Made by a program: the position numbers and the translations under genes. From contig OX597826.1 in assembly GCA_951406725.2 (NCBI GenBank), positions 38,068,001-38,132,000 of the forward strand: a DNA stretch of 64,000 nt. The letters run 5' to 3'. Under the pieces are notes generated by a model. The model was not told where the DNA came from, did not search any database, and was given only the letters and a program-made list of their open reading frames with translations. Below, piece after piece: positions 1 through 13,893 of this stretch (positions within the stretch are counted from its first letter, which is position 1; every line of letters starts with the position of its first letter). Source of the DNA: Octopus vulgaris. Its lineage: Eukaryota.

Positions 1-902
1 GATAGGGAAGAAGAAAGAGAGACTGACTGACAGAAAGTAGATAGACTAACAGACAGACAGACGGACAGACAAACAGAAAGTAGGCAGAAAGTCTGAGAGA
101 GAGCAAGAGACGCAGCAGAGAACATAATGTAAAATACAAGTGTGCAACTGCAGCCATGTGCACATACAACTGCTGCGCATTTAAATTATGTGAGAAGCTA
201 CAGTTATTTACACATGCAATTTTCTATTTAAACTGAATGCATCAGTTCAGTTGCGACCTTTTGCGCATACAGTTGTTTATTTAAATGCAATACAAGGGTA
301 CATCTGAATTTACATACAGATCTGCAGATATAAATGTAATACAAGACTTCATCTGCAGCCATTTTACTCATAGCTGCAAGCTGAATGTAACACAAGTGTA
401 CAGCTACAACCATTTATAGAAAACTGCACATTTCCATGGAATACATACCTGCAACTATCTACATATGCAGCTGCAGATTTTAGCCACTTTTCATGACAGG
501 TAAGTGCATCGCAGGTTACATTTCCTAATGTGGACGCAATCTGAGGCAGATTTTGCTGTCATTTACGGCAACCCATCCAACTACATAAATACATCCATGT
601 GGACTTGCTACTATTTTATGGGCCTCTCCCTTATTCAGAAAAGAAGTAACAATTTTTCCCTTTACTGATAAGGGACTTCGTCCAAAACCTCACAAACTAT
701 ACATTAAATGATTTTACATTTATAGAGATAAATACCATTTTTCCAAACGCACATTACAACAAGTGTCTTTGGATGTTTTTATTGTATTTTTCTGATTTAT
801 TTAAATTTGTTTTCACCAACAGACATCTGTACCCTGCATCCTTACTGGTATTTGTTGTAGCACGGCATCAGTGAAGCGACATAATTTTAACAATGCAATG
901 TA

Positions 903-1068
903 CATAATGCATCATTTATAATACAGCATTAATAATGCATTATTCATAAAGCATTATTCATAATGCACCATTCATAATACATTATTCGTAATGCATTATT
1001 CATAATGCACCATTCATAATGCATTATTCATATTGTATTATTCATAATCCATTATTCTTAATGCACCA
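903..1068. repeat. 14-bp minisatellite (TAATGCATTATTCA), about 12 copies
   Basis: Tandem units with a palindromic TAATGCATTA core and scattered substitutions. Confidence 0.85.
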
Positions 1069-1673
1069 TCCTTTTGTACAGCGATGCCACAGTGATGGTG
1101 AATACATAGAATCTATGATGATCAAAGTAGAATCTAGTCACTTGGATCTGCCATGTGAAGATTAAAAGACAGTTTGAGGCTCGACTTCAAAATCAAACAT
1201 CAGTCTATGTGTGCAAGAGCGATAATTACAGGTATCGGCGAATTATGTGATGTGAGGAGCCATATTGGATAAGATTCTATGAGTTGATGATGGAGAGTGT
1301 TCAAAAGTGAAATGAAGAAAAATTTGTGATGAAGTAGCTGAATTAGACAGACGTAGATGAGACAACACAGATGAGACGATGAAGACTCAAAGACACACAG
1401 AATCATGCTGCATTGAATAACGGTATAATAGAAATTGGAAGTGAAAATAATATGAAGAAGAATAGGAAAAAGAGAGAGAAGTATAGGAGAGCTATCGTCA
1501 GTTTCTCAATGTAGACAGAGCACATAAATCATTTTAGTTTCCATTAAAGACTAATAGTGGCTTGATTTTAATCAAGCAATCTGTAGAAACGCATCGATAT
1601 GAAAGCAAACCTCTATCTCTTACTCTCTCTCTCTACATACATTCGCATATACATCTTTATCTCTGTGTGTGTG

Positions 1674-1712
<39 letters not shown>

Positions 1713-1941
1713 GTTTACCTGCCTATCAATCTCTATTATCTTCCGTAGTCTCCATTTCTACAAGTGCTAAAAAAAGACAGATTCACTGAAAGAAACTGAA
1801 ATGAATTAAAAATAAAGTTTTAGAAAACAATCAACAGAAGATAAATACGCAGCTTTACTTATATTACTCTCGTAAGCCCACATATACACACACACACACA
1901 CACATATGTACATGTATATATATGTGTGTGTGTGGGGGGTG

Positions 1942-1974
<33 letters not shown>

Positions 1975-2174
1975 ATATTTCAATTCATCCTATTCTGTAA
2001 ATATATATATATATATATACACACACACATATATACATAGATATACATATATATGTGTGTGTGTGTGTGCCTTTCAATTCATTTTACTGTATACACATAT
2101 GTATAAGCATGAGTATATTTACGCATATATATGTATAATCATATTTATGTATAAATATATATGTGTGGGTTTTC

Positions 2175-2228
<54 letters not shown>

Positions 2229-2590
2229 CTGTGCCTGTGTTTCAAATGCTTCTCGTGTATGGTAACGTTACCAATATCATGGATAATCTTCCTAATCAAT
2301 CTATAGTCAATAAGTTTAAGTATTTATCGTTTCAAGGAGTTTAGAAAGCAATCTTCAGTCAACAGAGTGATGCAACTGTGATCAATCACCAACAGCTGTA
2401 CACTACACTGGACACCAATTCCACCATGTTAGTTTTTACTAAACAGTCTTTACTTTCAATCAATTTTTCTGAATTTAAAACACACATACGCTTATACGTA
2501 CATTCACGTGCATGCGTGCCGGCATTTATAAGGGTGAATGTGTTTAAGTGTATGTACTTCGTGCTTGCTTTATATATATATACATACATT

Positions 2591-2696
<106 letters not shown>

Positions 2697-2755
2697 ACTG
2701 TACGTAACTAAGTGTAAGCAATTTTTGGTCGTTGTACACATATATATATATACAC

Positions 2756-2801
<46 letters not shown>

Positions 2802-3187
2802 CCCATATGCACACACGCACACAGCACACACACATTTAGTTCGAATTTGAAGCTGGAAACACAACTTCTTTTCCTGTTCTTCATTACAAAAGATCTTTTG
2901 TTTTGTTTATTTTATTTATCTCCCTTGGTAAACTCATCAATCATGGCCACCAATAAAAAAGAAATCTGCAAAAAAATACCTCCACTATTTCGCTAGTAAT
3001 GAAATTAATAATCTTCCAACACTAATACTACCTAATGCTATCTTTAACCTGTCATATAACTGGCAGGCTAACAACAGAGACACATTAACTCTATAAAACC
3101 AACAACAACAATACAATAATAAAAACAACAACAACAATACAATAATAAAAACAACAACAACAGTTAGAAGAAGAAGAAGAAGAAGAA

Positions 3188-3218
<31 letters not shown>

Positions 3219-3323
3219 AAGAACAACAACAACAACAACAACAACAACATCAATAAAATAGTAATGATAATGGAAGAAAATAATGATGATAAAAATAAGA
3301 AGAATAAACAACAATAACAATAC

Positions 3324-3369
<46 letters not shown>

Positions 3370-4183
3370 AACCACCTTTATTTAAATAATTTGGCTTTGT
3401 TTTTCTCACTTTTGTCTTTCAGATTATTGGTTGTTGGGATTTGGTTCCTGCTTTTAAGTGTATTAAGAATTAGTTTCTATTGTTTTGCTTGTTTTATCGA
3501 GTTTCGCATCCTTTGGATTTGCTTTCATTTGCGATTCCGTTATTTGCAAATGGTACGTTTATATTAACTTCAAACTAAAAATCTGGAACAAAGCAAAAGC
3601 AAAAAATTGGTAAGCCAGATTGTATTGAATTGAACAGCAAAATAAATAACACAGGAATTACTTGCCAGGTGTCTTCCAGGTGGTTGTGTTCACCGGGTCA
3701 TTAGAAATTGCTCTGGGGATCTTCCTGGTTCTGTTTCATGACGATGGGAGATGTGCAGCAATGGGGAGGGAAGTGTGGTGACTTGGAGTTAAGTTAATAT
3801 AAACCTTGTCAGATAAATTGTATGCAGGTAGTCAATTCCTTTCCGCAAAGATAGGTAGGACGAAAACCTCAACTGAGAGAAAATTAAATATACCCCAATT
3901 TTATGAAGAAACTATGCTCGGTTCTAGACTTTAACCTAAGTTTGTATATTGTTTTTATCAACAACACATTTTTACAGGAAAAAAAGGGAAAGAAAAAATC
4001 ATTAAAAGTATAAAATATCAAATAACCGAGAAAAAGACCAGCTCATCACAGTAGCCACTACCGAAAGCTTGGGTTCTACTGACATGGCACTCGTGGGATG
4101 GGGATCATTCAGGACCACAAAACAACACACTGCAAAAAGGACTAGACCTTGTGGTGGATTTGTTTGCAATTATTTGTTGGTAC

Positions 4184-4402
4184 AAGGCGGCGAGCTGGCA
4201 GAAACGTTAGCACGCCGGGTGAAATGCTTAGCAGTGTATTTCGTCTGTCTTTACGTTCTGTGTTCAAATTCCACCGAGGTTGACTTTGCCTTTCATCCTT
4301 TCGAGGTCGATCAATTAAGTACCGGCTGCGTACTGGGGTCGATCTAATCGACTGGCCTCCACCTCAAAATTTCAAGCCTCGTGCCTCGAGTAGAAAAGAA
4401 TT
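4184..4402 (+). mobile_element. tRNA-derived SINE, family A
   Basis: Head AAGGCGGCGAGCTGGCAGAAACGTTAGC, B-box-like GTTCAAATTCC, central GACTTTGCCTTTCATCCTTTCGAGGTCGAT. The same sequence recurs more than 12 times in the window. Confidence 0.9.
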
Positions 4403-4677
4403 ATTTGTTGGTCTGTGATTAACCTTGTTGCTCTGGATTCGATATCACAGCACAGAACTTTGAGGCAGGAGTCTTTTATCGGAGCCGAGGCAGGATCCAA
4501 ACCTTGTGATTAAAATTCAGTACTACAAAAACCGGAGACACCTATTGCAATTCGAGGGTTTCATTTCACTTCTTTTTATTTCATTTTTTAAATATTTTTT
4601 GTCTTTTCTCTCTTAAAATCCACAGGTGACGATGGGTGATTCAACCAACATTAGACATAACAACCATATATTTATAT

Positions 4678-4737
<60 letters not shown>

Positions 4738-4816
4738 GCGTGTGTGTGTCTCTCTATATGGTGTGTGCGCGCGTAATGTTTGAGGAATGTATAATATATA
4801 TGTGTGTATATATATA

Positions 4817-4862
<46 letters not shown>

Positions 4863-4984
4863 TCAGTATTTGAATGTTTTGCTTATAAACTTTTTTGCAC
4901 CATGTGCTCTGTTTTTGGGCGCAAAACAAAACCAGTTGCACTGTCAGAGTTTAACGTGACAGTTATGAATTATTACTCGGTAGG

Positions 4985-5039
4985 CCACACTGATGAGGCT
5001 CAGGGTTTAAATACCCAAAAGCCGAAACCTGGTTTGTGG
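4985..5039 (+). ncRNA. Type I hammerhead ribozyme-like motif (Penelope-type)
   Basis: Stem I CCACA/TGTGG; core CTGATGA; stem II GGCT/AGCC enclosing a GGGT-ttaaat-ACCC hairpin; GAAA; stem III ACC-T-GGT; GUU cleavage triplet. Confidence 0.75.
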
Positions 5040-5352
5040 ATATCCCTAATTGCATAATATTTTTATTTTGTGCTGTTAAATGTTTTAATTCTTTCTGTTT
5101 TCCTCACATACTGTTTTTCTCTGTTAACTTGGTGCGGTCCGGTGAATTAATTTAAGACTTTAGCTCTTATTTCTAGCAGGTAGATGCTTGTTAAGCATCA
5201 TTATGCTTCGTGCAAATTTATAATTCATAGCTATACAATGCTATTCCGCCTGCAATCCACCTATGTCACTGCTGGTGATATCATCAATTTTAAAATTTAT
5301 CCACATGATATGAACAGTAGTGTCATCTGATTTCAAATCTCAGTGTATTTCT

Positions 5353-6270
5353 TCAGCCGAAATTGCTAAGATGATCTGGTTCTTGACTGATGACTGAGGG
5401 CTTCGAATGTCCCGTCCTGTGGTTCTTGTGTCGTCTCTGTGGTGTTTCATGTTCTTGTCCATGTCTGTAATTATTTTTACTGTTTACCTATATAATCGGC
5501 GGCTACGTATCCACAATTGTCCTTATACGATAAGTATATTTTTTCTCTAGCATTGATACGACTCTTAATATGTCTCTTTCTCTCTCTCTCTCCTCCCTTA
5601 TTCCCCTTCCTTTCTTTCCCTCTCCATCCGTCTTTCCCCCCCCCTTCTACGTTTCTCTATCTCTCTCACCTCCAGCCCCCTCGATCTGTCTCTTTCTTCT
5701 CCTCCCTCGTCCACCTTCTCTCTCTTTTCATCTGTCCCTTTCTCCTGTCTTTTGTTCTCACGTGACCGCTAGCCGCTGTTGAGCGCTCTTTTCGTTCCAG
5801 CAGTCGCCGAAGCAACACGTATTTGTTCGTCTCCCTGCGGCCATTAGGCACAACTTCATAAGCCAGCCCCATACTCAACTCGTCCTGTCGAAAGACCCTT
5901 GTCCTACGTCCTGGTTTTGTTTTGTTGTTTATTTTTTATTTTTACCGTTATTGTTTTTACGTTTTTGTATTCTTATTGGTGTCACGTATTCTGTATTTTT
6001 GTTCGTGTACTTCGTTCGTTTTCCGTCCTCGTGTTGTATACATTCGAAGCTTTCTTCCAGGGGATCTAATGCGCTTGGCTTAGATTTCCCTTGGCGGGCT
6101 GCCCATATCGGAGCAATCTCAAGATTAATCAGCCGAAATTGCTAAGATGATCTGGTTCTTGACTGATGACTGAGGGCTTCGAATGTCCCGTCCTGTGGTT
6201 CTTGTGTCGTCTCTGTGGTGTTTCATGTTCTTGTCCATGTCTGTAATTATTTTTACTGTTTACCTATATA
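5353..6270 (+). mobile_element. Non-autonomous element with 142-bp identical direct terminal repeats (Penelope pseudo-LTR-like)
   Basis: 5353-5494 matches 6129-6270. The interior is CT-rich and non-coding, and the element ends in (TA)n. Confidence 0.7.
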
Positions 6271-6357
6271 TATATATATATACATATATATAAAATATAT
6301 GCACAAACACATATAAAAACATATATTAAGACGACTTAATCAATAGTACATGGCATA

Positions 6358-6575
6358 TAAGGACAGTGAACTGGTAGAATCGTCAGCTCGCCGGACAAAG
6401 TGCCAAGCGGCATTTTGTCCGTCTTTGCGTTCTGAGTTCAAATGCCACCGCCGGAGTTAACTTTGCCCTTCATCCTTTCGTGGTCGGTAAGTCCCAGTTG
6501 AACATTGGGGTCGATGTAATCGACTTACTCCAACCCCTGAACCTGCCGGCCTTGAGTCAAAACTTGAAATCCATA
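6358..6575 (+). mobile_element. SINE family A, diverged
   Basis: GTTCTGAGTTCAAATGCC...CTTTGCCCTTCATCCTTTCGTGGTCG...GGGGTCGATGTAATCGACTT. Confidence 0.8.
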
Positions 6576-7332
6576 TCACACCGTATATAGCAGGATCATT
6601 ATCATCATCGCCACCAGCAACACCAACAATGTCATCTTCATCATCATCGTCATCATCATCAACATCAACATCATCATCATCATCATTATCATCATCATCA
6701 CCACCACCAGTACTTCCTTTTCCCTCATCATACAAAAATAGAAAGAAATAGAGAGAAGAAAAGGGAGGAGAAAATGTATGAGTAACTGTGTGAGGTGGAG
6801 GGACGGGAAGATTTATTTGTTAATCCGTTTCAATCCAGTGTTTAGCAATAGTGGGACCTGGGCATTTCAAGGATCAGATGACAGTTTGAAATGTTGCGGT
6901 AATCCTAGACACATGGTGTCAAATTAAAAAGGAAAAAAAACACACAAAGACGTGGCGGTCACGGAGAGAATGTCATTGATCAAATATTTCTATTTTATGG
7001 AGATCTGACCCTGGGAATCAACTGTAATAATACCCCAATCTAGCACCGGGATTAAAAGAGATTAACGTCACTTCACGCCACCAAAACTACTACCACTTCA
7101 TTTTGCTACTCTTGTTTCTGTTCTTTGTTTTCTTTCTGACTTTTATCCCCCCCCTTCTTTCTACCACTCCCACTACTGCTGCCGCTACTACTGCTGCTAC
7201 TTTTCTTTGCCTTTCCTTCTTCCTCGCTTTTCTCTTCATCTCCTCTTGCTTTTCCATACACAAATACACACTCACGCAGATGTATACAATGCCATACAAC
7301 CCAAGTATAGAGAACAATGTAGATAGACAGAC

Positions 7333-7333
7333 C

Positions 7334-7421
<88 letters not shown>
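7333..7421. repeat. (AGAT)n microsatellite
   Basis: Direct reading. Confidence 0.95.
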
Positions 7422-7422
<1 letters not shown>

Positions 7423-7794
7423 GTATGTGCGTATATACTTGAATACATACATTATATAATGATGTGCAGGTTTGCTTATACACACATTACATACGTACAT
7501 ACATAGGTATGTATATTTATATGTACGTATATAATACGTATGTATGTGTGAGCGTAGGTGTGTGTGTATATACCTATGCATGCATATATAATAAATGATA
7601 AATAATATATTATGTGTGTGTGTGAGAGAGAGTGTGTGTATGCATGTGTGTATGCATACGCTGCCTGGCTAAGCAGGTGATTGCTTCATCCAATTTCATT
7701 TATTTTCATAAGTGCACACAGAGCTGTGTTTTTGTTTTGTTTTTTTTTTGTTTTTTGTCTTTTTATTTCGCTTTCTTTTTTCTGTATTTTCACT

Positions 7795-7910
7795 GTTAAT
7801 CACAGATTTACCTATGTGAAAGGTAAATATATTCTTTCATCGTTAATCATAGATTTACCTGTGTGAAAGGTAAATATATATCTTGATCGTTAATCAAAGA
7901 TTTACCTGTG
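7795..7910. repeat. 47-bp tandem repeat, about 2.5 copies
   Basis: GTTAATCA starts at 7795, 7842 and 7889. The complete units contain the hairpin ATTTACCT-N7-AGGTAAAT. Confidence 0.85.
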
Positions 7911-8369
7911 CCAAAGAGCTCAGTTTAATATATTCCAGCTGGCATAACCATTTTTCAATTTCATTGCTTTCTTACCAATTTTATGGTCGCTCGGAATATT
8001 TACAGAACAATATTAAGATTAACTCCGCCTAACTCAAGCACCTCCTGGTTCAAAACGCCTTGCGTGTTTGGTCAGCATTTTAGAAATAGTAGCTAAAACT
8101 CCCTCGAAAAAAATTAATTGAAGCCAGGTTTAGATAATATGTTCCAAGGTAGAATATTTCTGGATTAAAGAAGGGATGGTCACAATTGGAATGTCTTTGC
8201 TCATAGTAAAAGTGGATGGGACTGATTTGGATCTAAACAAGCTTAACAAGGAAGGACACATTAGATAATGTAGTCCTGGCTATACTATTTCAGTGAAAGA
8301 TGAGACGATCACAGCTGAAACACTTTTGACCGAAGGTCTGCTGCTGCTGCTGCTGCTAACGGCGTCTAG

Positions 8370-8370
8370 G

Positions 8371-8424
<54 letters not shown>

Positions 8425-8425
8425 A

Positions 8426-8470
<45 letters not shown>

Positions 8471-8475
8471 CAGTG

Positions 8476-8511
<36 letters not shown>

Positions 8512-8760
8512 GTTGTAGTAGTGGTGGTGGTGGTGGTGATGGTGGTGGTGGTGGTGATGGTGGTGGTGGTGGTGAGAGTAGTAGTAGTAGTGGAGGTGGC
8601 GGTGGCGGTGGTGGTGGTGGTGAGAGTAGTAGTAGTAGTGGAGGTGGCGGCGGCGGCGGTGGTGGCGATGGCGGCGGTAGTGGCGGTAGTGGTGGTGGTA
8701 GTGGTGGTGGTGGTGGTGGTGGTGGTGGTGGTGGTGGTGGTGGTGGTGGTTGTGGTGGTG
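8370..8760. repeat. Compound (GTA)n/(GTG)n trinucleotide tract
   Basis: Direct reading. Confidence 0.95.
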
Positions 8761-8824
8761 TGGCTGGCAATGTCTGTTATAATAGCAGAAACTTATACAT
8801 GTTGGAAATTCTTAATCTTAAAAT

Positions 8825-9078
8825 TAAAGTGGCAGGGGCTGAGTATTCCACGGACACACTCGAGTCCTTAACGTAGTCCTCAAGAAGATTCAGCGAAACG
8901 CAGAATGCGACATGGCTGGTCCTTTGAAATACAGGTACCACTCTTTTGGTCAGCTGACTGGACAGGAACAACGTGGAATAAAGTGTCTTGCTCAAGTATA
9001 CAACGTGTCACCGGTTATCGAACTCACGACCTTCTGGTAGGGAGCCGAATACCTTAGCCACTAAGCCCCGCGCCTTCA
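8825..9078 (-). mobile_element. tRNA-derived SINE, family C
   Basis: Minus-strand head GAAGGCGCGGGGCTTAGTGGCTAAGG...GAGTTCGATAACC. The body GTACCTGTATTTCAAAGG...ACTACGTTAAG is shared with 17793-18178. Confidence 0.8.
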
Positions 9079-9257
9079 CACACACAATAACACACACACA
9101 TGAATACATACATACACACACACATACATACATACAGGCATACATACATACATACATATAAAATAAAATCAAAAACAGAACACAAAGGATGTTGCGGTAC
9201 ACGTGTTGGCGTATACAGGTGCTTACACTTATCAAGTATTCACCCTAAATTTACAGT

Positions 9258-10600
9258 ACATACATACATGCATACATACATACATACATACATACATACA
9301 TACATACATACATACATACATACATGCATGCATGCATGCATACATACATACATACATACATACATACATACATACATACATACATACATACATACATACA
9401 TACATACATGCATACATACATACATACATACATACATACATACATACATACATACATACATACATACAAGGAGAAAGCTAATTCGAAGACTACAGATCAA
9501 ATCCGTAACTGGAACTGTAAAAATCTGTAAAACTTTCCAGAAGTTTATCATTTCAATAATTATGAGCATGTCTAGATATGCAACAGTATGCATGAGAATA
9601 CATACATAAAACATACAAATCTACACATACATACATACATACATACATACATACATACATACATACATACATACATACATACAAAAATACCCTGTTGTTG
9701 ATGTTCAAATTCCAGTGAAGGAGGAGCCTTGAATCTTGGTTAGAAGCCGGTTCTTTCTTTGGCAAGAAATCTTGAAATAAGCCGAATAATGACATACATA
9801 CATATACACAAATACATACATACATCATTTTATGCCCACTTTCTATGTTAATATGAATTGGATAGCTTCTCATAGTGTAACACTGTGCTTATTTGGCGAT
9901 AATACACACACACATACACACATACATACAATAACACACTTACATACATACAAACATACATACACGCATACATACATACATACACACATACATTCACACA
10001 TACATACACACACATGCATACACACACATACAAACACTCATGCATACACACATACATACACACAAATACATACACACATTCATACACACACACGCATACA
10101 TACATACACACATATACATATATACATACACACACATACATATATATACATACAGATACATACATATCTTCACATATAATACACGCATGCATACATACAC
10201 ATATACATACATACACACACACGCATACATACATACACATACATACATACATACACACACATACATACATACATACATACATACATACATACATTCACAC
10301 ATACATACACACACATACATACACGCATGCATACATACACACACGTATACATACACATATACATACATACACACACACGCATACATGCATATACATACAT
10401 ACATACACACATACATACACATATAATACATACTCACATACATACACACACATACATACACCCATACATACACACGCATACATACATACATACACAGATA
10501 TACATACATACACACACATACATACATACATACATACATACATACATACATACATACATACATACATACATACATACATACATACATACATACATACATA
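9258..10600. repeat. (TACA)n/(CA)n compound microsatellite blocks
   Basis: Tracts at about 9258-9467, 9625-9682 and 9903-10600. Confidence 0.95.
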
Positions 10601-11570
10601 CGTCCATAAAAGGCATTGGTGAAGTTAAGCATTAGTTGTTGTAAGCTCAAAGGTTTTTAGTTTAGTGTGTTAGCTGAGTTCCAAGCAGAAGCTGTCTCGA
10701 TTCAACAGTTTTCATTTTAATACAGAAAAGAGAAAAAACATTTATATTTAAAGAATAAAAAAAAAGGAAATTGTTTTCGTAGTTTAGTTTGTCTTTTTTT
10801 GTTTTATTTTTTTCTTGTATACATATTTTTCGCATTTTTATTTTTTTAATATTCAATTGGTTAATAGTGTATCATCCTTAAAACTGTTAAATATGGTTTA
10901 ACGTTTTATTTCCAGCTCTGAGCCGCCGCTTGCTGAAAACATCTAAAGTCTGTTGAAATTACGTAGCAATTAAATGATCAATATTTGCCTATCAGATTAC
11001 AGCTGGGTTCAATACAGTTTGTAAACATCAAGATATATATGTTAGAGTAAAAGTAAATTTGATAGAAATTATCTAATCTAACAGTAAAGTATTCCTGTTT
11101 CCTAAGAGGAGAAATATTTAGAAGCGGACAAACAAATGCTGATAGAAAACGCTTTTTGATCTTTTTACCAATATTCTAACATCGAAACTCATAAAGAGAG
11201 AAATTCTTTTTTATCTCTTGACGGTGATATCAATTGACAGTGATCTCTAACAGAGAAGTTCTAGCGGAGACAATATGAATATGGTAACTTCATGTCTGAG
11301 ATGGAATTAAATTATTTCCTTGACAGGAATATGGCTCAAAGAGATTATATCAATTAGAAATGGCAAAGTTCAAATTTTCCTGATAATCCTTAATCAATCA
11401 AAATCACTTTGGCTTTGATTACGTTCTAATATGAAATGAATGTTTTCAATTATTTAACTTAATGATATTCTTTTTTTAAATTACAATTTAATCATGAATT
11501 ATTGGAAAATTATAACTTTTGATATGAAAAGAATAGAAAAAAAACTAACCAATCAATGTATGTGTGTGTA

Positions 11571-11606
<36 letters not shown>

Positions 11607-11789
11607 TACACATATTTATAAGAATATCTACATATATACACATATTTATAAGAATATCTACATATATATACATACACATATTTATAAGAATATCTATATA
11701 TATATATATATATACATATCTACACTTATGTGTTTTTATATATATGCATTAATATACGTACTTACCTACATATAACTATATATATATTT

Positions 11790-11975
11790 TTCTTTTATTC
11801 TTTTATTCGTTTCAGTCATTTGATTGTGACCATGCTGGAGCACCGCTTTTAGTCGAGGACATCAACCCCAGGACTTATTCTTTGTAAACCTCGTAGTTAT
11901 TCTATCGGTCTTTTTTGCTGAACAGGTAATTTTCGGGACATAAATACGCCAACATCAGTTGTCAAGCGATGTCGG
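11790..11975 (-). mobile_element. SINE family B, 3' part
   Basis: Reverse complement of the GGCGGTGCTCCAGCATGG...AATGACTGAAAC tail seen at 49431-49863. Confidence 0.8.
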
Positions 11976-11994
11976 GAATACAAATACATACGCG

Positions 11995-12070
<76 letters not shown>

Positions 12071-12302
12071 CATAGATATATATATAGATATATATATATA
12101 CATATATATATACACATATCTATACAAATATATATGTATATACATATATATATATGTATATACATACATATATATATATATACATATATATATATACATA
12201 TATATATACATATGTATACACATATATGCATATATATATGTATATAACTCCATATTTCTCCTACCAATCTTTCATATATATACGTATGTATATATGTGTG
12301 TA

Positions 12303-12385
<83 letters not shown>

Positions 12386-13451
12386 ATATCAGTCCATGTG
12401 TATATATACATATTTGTGTGTGTGCCTATGTGTATGTATACTTTAGTCTTCTATCATTCTGTATACTTATCTCAAACCGGCGTCGATTGAAACTAGTTTT
12501 TGGCGGGTAAATCAGGCATATCGATTTATTTCCTTATCAAACAATTTTCCCGGGGTTGCCTTCGTTTGGCATATGCAACGAAACGAAATTATTGTTTCTC
12601 TTTGCGATTATAGTTTTCCCCACAGCTCTTTACTACTCCGATGCTACTCTTCTCTATTGACCGCTAGTGATGCTAATATATTTCTGTCCATGTTTGACGA
12701 TACAGCTTACCAGTAACAAATATGTATACGTATATTTACACTGCTTTATTCCGTCATTCTTCAACCATTAATTTAGTGCTTTATTCCGTCATTGTTCAAC
12801 CATAATTTAACCACTAAAACATAAAACAATCAAAGAACAAGAGCAAAAACAAGCACAACTAATTAACAAATAAAATTTTAAATATTTACTTTTATCCTTG
12901 TTTTTCTCTGGTGATTGTTTTGTTTTTATTTTGATGTTTTTCTTTTTACTTTCCCGGTCAATATTTTTAAACCACTCAGTTTAATACCACCACCTGTCCT
13001 CTGGGTATCTTCATTGGAATCCAGTTTTTAACAAACATTCAGATTTGATCGCCAATCCAATGAAAATAACCTTCCTTTCCTTCAACAGTTACGTTGGCCT
13101 TGAAGAAAAAAGACAGTTGTGAAGACTTACACTTCCCTTCTTATAAAGCTAGTAAAGGAAAAGATAGGGAGGGAGAGAGAGAGAGAGATCCAAAAGAGGT
13201 GTCACTACATTACAAAATCCGAAGTGATTATTCTTGGCAATTATTAGCGATAGATCTGGTGTGGCTGTTTCCTTTGGCATGCTACCTTATAAGTATAAGA
13301 ACTAATTTATAGTGGTGTGTCAGCTAATGATAGATTATGTTCAATTAGAGGTTTGTTTTCGATCTTTTACACGCCAAAAAGGAAGCTAAAGTTCTTCATA
13401 GATAATTGGACGGCTGTACTCCCACGTAATGCAGTTCTACACACAAATGAC

Positions 13452-13496
<45 letters not shown>

Positions 13497-13499
<3 letters not shown>

Positions 13500-13825
13500 T
13501 TCGTTTCGGGATTTGGTTTGGAAGATTCTTCATGTGAGTTCGTGTGTTGAAGCATATTCTGTTGCGTCTGGGGAGAGTCATTTTCTTTTTGTGGCTTATA
13601 ATGTAACACACTCACCGGTAAAATTTCCAGATATTTCTTATTTTTATTTTCCTAAAATTTTCGTTGCGTCTTGCAACCTTTTCAATAGTCTTGACTCTTG
13701 AAAACGTTGCAAGACTATTGAAAATGTTGCAAGAAAATTTTAGGAAAATAAAAATAAGAAATATGGGGAAATTCTACCGGTGAGTGTGTTACATTATAAG
13801 GCACAAAAAGAAAATAACTCTCCCC
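13497..13825. mobile_element. Penelope-like terminal fragment with about 120-bp inverted arms
   Basis: 13570-~13692 is the reverse complement of ~13709-13825, with a few mismatches and a 9-bp indel. Flanked by (TA)n. Confidence 0.7.
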
Positions 13826-13841
13826 TTACACAATAGAATAT

Positions 13842-13893
<52 letters not shown>

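Noticed and set aside
1100-1410. Possible RTE 3' remnant
   Set aside because: Too degenerate to support a call.
2310-2362. Minus-strand CTGAAGA...GAAAC hammerhead
   Set aside because: Stems I-III do not pair convincingly.
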